A DNA stretch of 55,874 bases from Betaproteobacteria bacterium RIFCSPLOWO2_12_FULL_68_19 (GTDB lineage: Bacteria > Pseudomonadota > Gammaproteobacteria > Burkholderiales > SG8-39), in contig MERP01000102.1 of NCBI GenBank assembly GCA_001772055.1, forward strand, positions 1 to 55,874, in the 5' to 3' direction. The translations under genes were made by a program, and so were the position numbers. The notes beneath the pieces were generated by a model that saw nothing but the letters and a program-made list of their open reading frames with translations, was not told the origin of the DNA and made no database searches. Below, one piece after another: positions 49,080 through 55,874 of the stretch (the stretch's first letter is position 1; every line of letters starts with the position of its first letter).

Positions 49080-50089
49080 GTCAATTAGAATCGGCCCCTA
49101 TTTCGTTTCACGGTGAAAGCAAAACCTCGCAGGCCGTGACCCGCGCGCATCGCATCGACGTCCATGCCCACATGGCTCCCGACTTCTACCGGGAGGCATT
49201 CCGCCAGGCCGGCATGGCGACCACGTCCGGCGCGGCCGTGGAGTGGACGCCGCAGCTCGCGCTCGAGACCATGGATGCGCACGGCATCGCGATGTCGATC
49301 CTTTCCATCTCCTTTCCCGGGGTCCACTTCGGTGACGACCGCGCGGCGCGCGCGCTCGCGCGGCGCTGCAACGAGCTTGCGGCCGAGCTCGGGCAGCGCT
49401 GGCCGGGACGCTTCGGCGCCTTTGCGGTCCTGCCGCTGCCGGAAATGGAGGGCGCGCTGGCAGAGCTCGAGTTTGCGCTCGACAAGCTGAAGCTGGACGG
49501 CGTGATTCTGCTCGCGAGCCACGCGGGCAGGTTCCTCGGCGACCCCGCCCTCGAGCCGCTGCTCGCCGAGCTCGACCGGCGAAGCGCGGTGGTTCTGGTC
49601 CATCCCGGCATGCATCCGAGCAGCCGCACGCTTGGCCTGCCCTGGCCGGGATTCATGCTGGAGTTCGTCATCGATACCTCGCGCGCCGCCATCAACCTGC
49701 TCTTCTCGGGCGCGCTCGAGCGCTTCGGCAACATCAAGTTCATCCTCGCCCACGGCGGGGGCGTGATCCCCTACATCTCCTGGCGCCTTTCCGTCGCGCC
49801 GATCATCAGCCCACTCGTGCCGCAATGGCCGCAGGAGCGGATCTTCGCCGGCCTGCGCCGCTTCTGGTACGACACGGCGCTCTGCGCCACCGGCCATGCG
49901 CTTCCCGCCCTCATGCAGACCGCGGCGCCGGAGCGCATCCTCTTCGGCAGCGACTGGCCTTACGCGCCCGCGAAGGTCACCGGCCTCAGCATCGAGGGCA
50001 TCAAGGAGGCGCCGGGAGTCACGGACCGGCTCCGCGCCGGCATCGAGCGGGACAACGCCTTGCAGTTGTTCCCGCGCCTGCATGGGTGA
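49070..50089 (+). CDS. amidohydrolase-2 (ACMSD / non-oxidative decarboxylase) family protein
   Basis: It has the RIDVHAHM HxH metal motif, plus LVHPG and FILAHGGG. The alternative start GTG 49136 would give VTRAHRIDVHAH. Confidence 0.8.
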   Translation: MKLSQLESAPISFHGESKTSQAVTRAHRIDVHAHMAPDFYREAFRQAGMATTSGAAVEWTPQLALETMDAHGIAMSILSISFPGVHFGDDRAARALARRCNELAAELGQRWPGRFGAFAVLPLPEMEGALAELEFALDKLKLDGVILLASHAGRFLGDPALEPLLAELDRRSAVVLVHPGMHPSSRTLGLPWPGFMLEFVIDTSRAAINLLFSGALERFGNIKFILAHGGGVIPYISWRLSVAPIISPLVPQWPQERIFAGLRRFWYDTALCATGHALPALMQTAAPERILFGSDWPYAPAKVTGLSIEGIKEAPGVTDRLRAGIERDNALQLFPRLHG

Positions 50090-51548
50090 GACGCCACTGC
50101 GCAGCGAGCTGCCCGTCTACCGTAACGCGATCGACTGGACCGCCTTCCGGCGCGAGCACGCGCTGCCGGACGTCTTCGCGAAGACCGTCTACCTGTGGCC
50201 GCCGGAGCGGATCCGCGAGCTGCAGAACGCGCGTTTCCTCAAGACCATGGAGGTCGGCTGGCGCAACCCGTTCTACCGGCGCCGCTGGCGCGCCGCCGGG
50301 CTCGAGCCCGGCAATGTCCGCGGCCTCGACGACATCGCAAGGCTGCCCCTCTACACCTCGGACGACGTCAAGGAGAGCATCGAGAGCACCCCGCCTTACG
50401 GGGACTTCCACGGACTGGACCCCGTGTTCGCGCGCAGTACGCCGCTCAAGCTGCACACAAGTGGTGGGACGACCGGGTTGCCCCGCCCGACGCTGTTCGA
50501 CCCGCTCGCCTGGGAGCTGCAGGGACTGGGCGGAGCCCGCGGACTGTATGTCCAAGGGGCGCGCCCCGGCGACGTGATGCAGATACCGATGACCTGTTCA
50601 CTCGCGAATGCGCCGTGGCTCGCCTACAAGGCGTGCCACGACTACCTCGGCGTCATGCCGCTTACCACTGGCAGCGGCGTGGTGACCTCGACGCGCCGCC
50701 AGATCGAGATCGCGTTCGGCTTCGGGACCAACCTGTGGCAAAGCTTTCCGGAATACCTCGTGCGCCTCGCGCAGGCGTGCAGGGAAGAGCTGGGTCGCGA
50801 CGTGCGGGAGCTCAAGACCAAGTTCATCCGCACCTATCTCGGGCCGGATCTCGACGGGAGCCTCCGGCGCGAGATCGAGTCCTTGTGGGGCTGCCCGGTA
50901 TATGACGGCTACGGCACCAACGAGGTCGGGCTCGCCGGCTTCGAGTGCCGGGAGCAAAGCGGCCTGCACTTCATGGAGGACCTCGTCTACATGGAAGTGG
51001 TGGACGTCGAGAGCGGCAAGCCGCTCGGCGCGGGCGAGCGCGGCAACCTAGTCGTCACGGCGCTGTCGCGCACCCTGCCCCCGGTGATCCGCTACAACCT
51101 GCGTGACCTCGGACGCATCCTCAGCGCCGAGCGCTGCGGCTGCGGCAGCCACTTCCGCCGCATGGACCACTTCCTCGGCCGCAGCGATGCGATGGTCAAG
51201 CTGCGCGGAGTTAACGTCTACCCGATGGCCTGCCTGCCTGCGGTGAAGAGCGACCCCAGGACGACCGGCGAATGGGTCTGCGTGGTCGAGCGCATCGACG
51301 CAGGCGGGGTGCCGCGCGACGAGATGGAAGTGTATGTCGAAGTGCGCCACGACGCCGCCACGCGCGATGGTCTCAAAGAGGGCCTGGAAAAGCGGCTCAA
51401 GGAGGATCTCGGCGTCGCAGTGCGCGTCCGGCTGAGCGACGAAGGCTCGCTCGAAGAGCTGGCCAACACCGGCGGACGCGAGGGCAAGGCGCGGCGCCTG
51501 GTCGACCGGCGTCCGGGCTATGGAAACGAGAGAGGGAGCGACGCGTGA
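50082..51548 (+). CDS. phenylacetate-CoA ligase-like (PaaK / coenzyme F390 synthetase family) adenylate-forming enzyme
   Basis: The motif LHTSGGTTGLPRP is present, the DGYGTNE region too, and the C-terminal domain has KLRGVNVYP. The start overlaps the upstream gene end. Confidence 0.8.
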   Translation: MGETPLRSELPVYRNAIDWTAFRREHALPDVFAKTVYLWPPERIRELQNARFLKTMEVGWRNPFYRRRWRAAGLEPGNVRGLDDIARLPLYTSDDVKESIESTPPYGDFHGLDPVFARSTPLKLHTSGGTTGLPRPTLFDPLAWELQGLGGARGLYVQGARPGDVMQIPMTCSLANAPWLAYKACHDYLGVMPLTTGSGVVTSTRRQIEIAFGFGTNLWQSFPEYLVRLAQACREELGRDVRELKTKFIRTYLGPDLDGSLRREIESLWGCPVYDGYGTNEVGLAGFECREQSGLHFMEDLVYMEVVDVESGKPLGAGERGNLVVTALSRTLPPVIRYNLRDLGRILSAERCGCGSHFRRMDHFLGRSDAMVKLRGVNVYPMACLPAVKSDPRTTGEWVCVVERIDAGGVPRDEMEVYVEVRHDAATRDGLKEGLEKRLKEDLGVAVRVRLSDEGSLEELANTGGREGKARRLVDRRPGYGNERGSDA

Positions 51549-52408
51549 AGCGGCTGTTCGACTGCCATTCCCACTGGGGCACGAAGAAGGGCCATATCTT
51601 CCGCACCGAGGCGGAGCTCGCGCGCCAGGAAGGTATCTGGAAGACCAAAGGACGCTATTACAGCGAGCAGGAGATGATGGACTTCATGCGCGCGAACAAA
51701 GTGCGCGTGATCCTCGACCTCGCCTGGGTGCGCAAGCTCCCGATGGAGCAGATGCGCGAGTATCACGACTACGCGTTCGACATGGCGCGCAAGAACCGCG
51801 ACGTCATCTTCGGCCACTGGCTGATGTTCGAGCCGCAGCGGTGCGACGAATCGCTGGACGAGTTCCGCCGCGCGAGGGACGCGGACGCAGGCTTCGTGGG
51901 CTTCGCGGTCTCCGGGCAGAGCACCGGCGTGCCGGCAAGCGATCCGCTCTGGTTCCCGTTCTACGAGCTCGCCATCGAGACGAAGACGCCGGTCATGACG
52001 ATGGTCGGGCTCACCGGCATCGGGCAAGGCGTTCCCGGGGGCTACGGCATCGTGCTCGACAACGGCCACCCGCGCCATGTCGACATCGCCGCGGCCCGGT
52101 ATCCGGAGCTGCGGGTGCTCGCGGCGCGACCGGCCTACCCTTGGCAGGACGAGATGATCGCCGTGCTGCTGCACAAGGGAAACGTCAGCTACGAGCTGCA
52201 TGGCTGGGGCCCGCGCCAGATCTCCGACTCGCTGAAGCGCGAGATCGGCCTTCGGCTGCAGGACCGTGTCATGTTCGGCTGCGATTTTCCAGTGCTCGAG
52301 TACCCCAAGGTCGTCGCCGACTGGCGCTCGCTCGGCTACAGCGAGGAAGTACTCGAGAAAGTGCTGTTCCGCAACGCCGAAGCCTATTTCGGGGCCAAGG
52401 CGCCTTGA
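51545..52408 (+). CDS. amidohydrolase-2 family protein (second copy)
   Basis: GTG 51545 overlaps the upstream stop. It reads RLFDCHSHWG ... MFGCDFPV. Confidence 0.75.
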   Translation: MKRLFDCHSHWGTKKGHIFRTEAELARQEGIWKTKGRYYSEQEMMDFMRANKVRVILDLAWVRKLPMEQMREYHDYAFDMARKNRDVIFGHWLMFEPQRCDESLDEFRRARDADAGFVGFAVSGQSTGVPASDPLWFPFYELAIETKTPVMTMVGLTGIGQGVPGGYGIVLDNGHPRHVDIAAARYPELRVLAARPAYPWQDEMIAVLLHKGNVSYELHGWGPRQISDSLKREIGLRLQDRVMFGCDFPVLEYPKVVADWRSLGYSEEVLEKVLFRNAEAYFGAKAP

Positions 52409-52440
52409 CCACGAAGCTTTCTTTCAACGAGGAGAAGAGG

Positions 52441-53409
52441 ATGACCCGTTCGCGTTTCCTGCGCCTGTCCCTGGGCGCCGCGCTCATGGCGGCAGTTGGC
52501 TCGACCGCCGTAGCGCAGTCGTATCCGACCAAGCCCGTTCACGGCATCGTCGCCTTCGGCACGGGCGGGCAGACCGACGCGGCGGCGCGCGTCATCGCCG
52601 CGAAGCTCTCGGAGAAATGGAACCAGCCGCTCGTGATCGAGAACCGCACCGGCGCGAGCGGCAACATCGGCACCGAGGCGGTCGCGAAGGCCGCCCCCGA
52701 CGGCTACACGATCAATTTTGCGACCCAGACGGTCACCATCAATCAGGTATTGATGTCGAGCGCCGGCTTCCATGCCATGAAGGATCTGGCGCCGGTATCG
52801 CTGATCGGGGTGTCCGATTTCGTTCTGGTCGTGCACCCAAGCCTGCCCGTAAAGACGGTCGAGGAGCTCATCGCCTACGCCAAGGCCAACCCCGGCAAGC
52901 TCAACTACGGCACCACCTCGCTGCAAGGCGCGTTCGCCATGGAGCAATTCAACAGCCTTGCGGGAATCAAGGTCGAGCGCATCCCCTACACGGCGATGTC
53001 GAACCTCCAGGCCGACCTGCTCGCCGGTCGCATCAACGTGTATTTCACCCCTCCCCGGCCAGTGCTCGCACATATCCAGTCGGGAAAGCTCGTCCCGATC
53101 GCAGTATCCGGCGCGAAGCCGATCCCGCAGCTTCCGAACGTGAAGTCCGTCAAGGCGGTGCTGCCCAGGCTCGAGGCGTCGACCTGGTACGCGGTGCTCG
53201 CGCCGGCCAGGACGCCGGCCGACCTCATCGGCAAGCTCAACGCAGACCTGAAATGGGCGCTCGCCCAGCCCGATGTGAAGGACCGCATCGAGAAGCTCGG
53301 CATCGAAGTGCGGACGTCCACGCCGGAGGAGCTGCGCGCGGTCATGCGGAGGGACATCGAGCTCATCGAAGACCTGGTGCGCCGGGGCGTGATGAAGCCG
53401 ACCACCTAG
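52441..53409 (+). CDS. Bug-family (TctC-like) tripartite tricarboxylate transporter substrate-binding protein
   Basis: A signal peptide is followed by AQSYPTKPV..IV.F..GG.TD, VIENRTGASGNIG and the rest of the classical Bug signature. Confidence 0.9.
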   Translation: MTRSRFLRLSLGAALMAAVGSTAVAQSYPTKPVHGIVAFGTGGQTDAAARVIAAKLSEKWNQPLVIENRTGASGNIGTEAVAKAAPDGYTINFATQTVTINQVLMSSAGFHAMKDLAPVSLIGVSDFVLVVHPSLPVKTVEELIAYAKANPGKLNYGTTSLQGAFAMEQFNSLAGIKVERIPYTAMSNLQADLLAGRINVYFTPPRPVLAHIQSGKLVPIAVSGAKPIPQLPNVKSVKAVLPRLEASTWYAVLAPARTPADLIGKLNADLKWALAQPDVKDRIEKLGIEVRTSTPEELRAVMRRDIELIEDLVRRGVMKPTT

Positions 53410-53449
53410 CCGCAACGACGGCCAGAAAAGGCGGGCCGCGGCGACGGTG

Positions 53450-54517
53450 CTACGCGACGATCTTTTCCCCGACCTCGAATACCACCTGGGCGCGGCCGAC
53501 GAGCAGCGGGTCGACCGGCCCGATGCGCTGCGCGTCCTTCTCGCTGTAGGGCAGGCGGTGCAGCAGGTAGCGCATGGCGTTCAGCCGAGCGCGCTTCTTG
53601 CAATCGGACTTGATCACGGTCCAGGGCGCGTCGGCGGTGTCGGTATGGAAGAAGATCGACTCCTTCGCGCGCGTGTACTCGGTCCACTTGTCGAGCGAGG
53701 CCTTGTCCACCGGCGAGAGCTTCCAGTGCTTGAGCGGGTGGGCCTCGCGCTCCTTGAAGCGGTGGCGCTGCTCCTTGCGGCTGACGGAGAACCAGAACTT
53801 GAGCAGGTGCAGGCCCTCGCGCACCAGCATGCGCTCGAACTCCGGCGCCTGGCGCATGAACTCGTGGTACTCGTCGTCGCTGCAGAAGCCCATGACCCGC
53901 TCTACGCCGGCGCGGTTGTACCAGGAGCGGTCGAAGAACACGATCTCGCCGGCGGTGGGCAGGTGCTCGACGTAGCGCTGGAAGTACCACTGGCTGCGCT
54001 CGACGTCGCTCGGCTTGCCCAGGGCCACCACGCGCGCGCCGCGCGGGTTCAGGTGCTCCATGAAGCGCTTGATCGTGCCGCCCTTGCCCGCGGCGTCGCG
54101 GCCCTCGAAGAGCACCACGATGCGCTGGCCGCTTTCCTTCACCCAGGCCTGCAGCTTGAGCAGCTCGACCTGCAGGCCGAACTTCTGCCGCTCGTAGTTC
54201 TTGCGCGACAGCAGGTGCTTGTAGGGGTAGCCGCCCTGCTGCCAGCTGTCGACCAGCTCCCGGTCGGCGGCCTGGCGCGAGAGCCTGGCGAGGCCGCGCT
54301 GCTGCCTGAGCACCGAGCGCAGCACCCGCACCGCGTCGGCGGGGGGCATGCTCGCGAGCAGGTCGCGGATCGCGCCGGCCGTGCGCTCGTCGGCGGCGAG
54401 CTGCGCGTCCTCGACGAGGAACTCCTCGAGCGCCGCGCCTTCCAGGACGGGGCGCTCGGCGGCGGCTCCTTCTTCGGGCTGCGGGGGCGGCGCCGTGGCG
54501 AGCAGATGCGGCTTCAT
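53450..54517 (-). CDS. ppk2: polyphosphate kinase 2
   Basis: It has VVLFEGRDAAGKGGTIKR (Walker A), WYFQRY, FDRSWYNRAGVERVMGF and KFWFSVS..EQ..RF. Start ATG 54517 is chosen; ATG 54592 is the alternative. Confidence 0.9.
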   Translation of the reverse strand: MKPHLLATAPPPQPEEGAAAERPVLEGAALEEFLVEDAQLAADERTAGAIRDLLASMPPADAVRVLRSVLRQQRGLARLSRQAADRELVDSWQQGGYPYKHLLSRKNYERQKFGLQVELLKLQAWVKESGQRIVVLFEGRDAAGKGGTIKRFMEHLNPRGARVVALGKPSDVERSQWYFQRYVEHLPTAGEIVFFDRSWYNRAGVERVMGFCSDDEYHEFMRQAPEFERMLVREGLHLLKFWFSVSRKEQRHRFKEREAHPLKHWKLSPVDKASLDKWTEYTRAKESIFFHTDTADAPWTVIKSDCKKRARLNAMRYLLHRLPYSEKDAQRIGPVDPLLVGRAQVVFEVGEKIVA

Positions 54518-54810
54518 GGTGGGGGGCGCAAGGAAAGAGACCTTGCAATGGAAGCACGCCGCCCGGCGCCGGTACTGATCTAGGTCAAGCATAGTCCTAC
54601 CGGACTACGAAAAACGACTACCGGACTATGGATCGAAACGAGGGTTCGGTCGCAGAATCCTGACCTGTGTAGGGCACGCTCTACACCTGAAGCACCCGGC
54701 CAGCACGCTGTTATCAGCGCCGACCGAGAGACGGACTCCCCAGAGCCCGTCCACGGTAGCGCCAAACAAAGTGTAGTCGCTGCTTGAAGCCGCTTGAGAA
54801 GGTGGTACCG

Positions 54811-54843
54811 GAGGGCACGGCTAGCGGTCGTGCCCTCTTTTTT
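54811..54843 (+). terminator. Rho-independent terminator with no upstream plus-strand ORF
   Basis: GAGGGCACG (54811-54819) pairs with CGTGCCCTC (54829-54837) and is followed by TTTTTT (54838-54843). The minus-strand orientation has no T-run. Confidence 0.75.
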
Positions 54844-55001
54844 CGTCCCGCTCGGATGCCATTGTGCGTTTCCTCACGGGGCGCCGCTATCGCCGCCCGC
54901 CGTGTCATGTTGTCGCTTTTTCCGGAATCGGCGATGGTCGGCTAGCGACGTCGGCGAATGACGTCGCTACGAATGGAGCATTGCCTGCCGTCGTGTCGCG
55001 G

Positions 55002-55418
55002 CTAGCGGGAGCGGCGCGTGAAGTGAAGGCCGGCGCCCTTCAGGATCGCGATCGCAGCGCGCATGTCGCTGCGGCGCATGCTGAGCTGGCCGTACTCGAG
55101 GCCGAAGCTGGTCTTCACCACGGTGGCGCCGCGCTCGAACCTGCAATGGATGAGCTCGATCGGCGCGAGCTGGCGCGGTCCGCCCGAGGCCCGGTCCGCG
55201 GTGTAGATCGGCGCCACGTTGGCGATGGCGTGCGCGACCAGGTTGAGAATCTCGTCGACGTCGGCGGCGCTGGCAGCCGTGGTGCCGGTGATCTGGTGAT
55301 AGACCACCGCGGCCGCCGTGGAGAGGGCCAGGTGCTGGTCACCGATGTTCGCTGCCGAAACCACCCTGGCCCTTCCCCAAAAGGGCTGGAAGAGCAAACG
55401 TACGCTGCCGCGCGTCAT
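55002..55418 (-). CDS. 138-aa hypothetical protein
   Basis: ATG start, with G/C at nearly every third position and balanced composition. The antisense ORF 54864-55571 is Arg/Gly/Ala-rich and rejected. Confidence 0.6.
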   Translation of the reverse strand: MTRGSVRLLFQPFWGRARVVSAANIGDQHLALSTAAAVVYHQITGTTAASAADVDEILNLVAHAIANVAPIYTADRASGGPRQLAPIELIHCRFERGATVVKTSFGLEYGQLSMRRSDMRAAIAILKGAGLHFTRRSR

Positions 55419-55537
55419 ACATCAATCTCGCCGCGGGAATTTTGCCGCGCTCTTCGGCAAGCGGCCTGTCGCAGATGGGCGACAGTGCTAGCGCAGCGCG
55501 GCGAGCAACTCGGACGCAGCGATAAGCGTCGGGCCGC

Positions 55538-55874
55538 TTACCGCGGCGCGCGGCAGGTGGCGGGGCGGTAGCGCGGCTCGAGCGTGCCGCCGGTGCAGTC
55601 CCAGATCAGGCCGCCCGGCTCGGCCTGCGGCCGGAACAGGATCGTCTTGCCCGCCATGGCGCCAGTCGCTGGGGTCATGGTCAGGGTCAGCATGCCGTTC
55701 GCGCCGAGGCTCGCGGCGCCGTTCCTGCTCGCCGGCTCCTGCGGCACGAGGTCCTTCGCGAGATCGGCCACGCCGTTGGGCAGCTGCTTGTTCTGCGCGT
55801 AGTGCTCGGCCACCGCGGCGCGCCACGGGTGCACGGAGACGATCGCCTCGGCGACCCGTGCGCGCTGCGTGTAG
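55538..55874 (-). CDS. type IV major pilin (PilA/PilE-like); N-terminus lies outside the window
   Basis: The frame is open to the window end (YTQRARVAEAIVSVHPWRAAVAEHYAQNKQLPNG...). The C-terminal disulfide loop is WDCTGGTLEPRYRPATC. Confidence 0.8.
   Translation of the reverse strand, partial: YTQRARVAEAIVSVHPWRAAVAEHYAQNKQLPNGVADLAKDLVPQEPASRNGAASLGANGMLTLTMTPATGAMAGKTILFRPQAEPGGLIWDCTGGTLEPRYRPATCRAPR

Noticed and set aside
54540-54570. A possible sigma-54 promoter for ppk2 (minus strand GGCGTG-CTTCCA-TTGCA).
   Set aside because: The GG-to-GC spacing is 14 nt instead of the required 12, and the -24 element is not TGGCAC.
54641-54780. A resemblance to the ykkC/guanidine-I riboswitch core: AGGGTTCGG ... 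GACCGAGAG ... CCACGG, with CGGTCG/CGACCG able to pair.
   Set aside because: Each conserved string deviates from the consensus I remember (AGGGUUCCGG, GGUCCGAGAG). The GGGA...CCCGGGAG 3' hairpin is missing. The spacer is too long. No plus-strand gene lies downstream for it to control. I keep it only as something an Rfam scan would settle.
54864-55571. A 235-aa plus-strand ORF after the orphan terminator, which could have been a riboswitch-controlled gene.
   Set aside because: It is Arg/Gly/Ala-rich with low-complexity composition. It lies exactly antisense to a minus-strand ORF (55002-55418) that has G/C at nearly every third codon position and balanced composition.

Overview
This is a very GC-rich chromosomal segment; nearly all real genes have G/C at third codon positions. 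It looks betaproteobacterial: it has a Bug/TctC-type binding protein and the purM-hda, pcnB-folK and queA-tgt-yajC-secD-secF blocks. I call about 57 protein genes, one tRNA-Leu(CAA) and two clear hairpin terminators. I saw no IS element, integrase, prophage or CRISPR array. All calls come from reading the ORF translations and the DNA by eye. Family names are from memory of motifs, and start codons are best guesses, because the ORF track also translates GTG/TTG starts as M.

Layout:
- 0-9.1 kb: the tail of a cysteine-complete group-4 [NiFe]-hydrogenase module, followed by a six-gene hyfB-C-E-F-G-I-like set. The large subunit of that set has lost all four Ni-Fe cysteine ligands (Ehr-like).
- 9-21 kb: housekeeping genes (dnaE, purM, hda, pcnB, folK, panC).
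- 21.4-27.1 kb: a DSF-type quorum-sensing locus (rpfF convergent on rpfG-rpfC). It carries an extra heme-oxygenase-like diiron-type enzyme gene as the last gene of the rpfG-rpfC operon. This is my top candidate for undescribed biology.
- 27-46 kb: housekeeping genes (queA, tgt, secDF, purB, mnmA, corA, nadE), plus a small degenerate TumE-like/HTH two-gene module.
- 46.7-53.4 kb: an uncharacterised MarR-controlled catabolic-looking cluster (VOC, alpha/beta hydrolase, two amidohydrolase-2 proteins, a PaaK-like ligase, a Bug binding protein).
- 53.4-55.9 kb: ppk2, a roughly 270-nt structured non-coding stretch ending in an orphan intrinsic terminator (candidate sRNA), an unknown gene, and a truncated type IV pilin gene.
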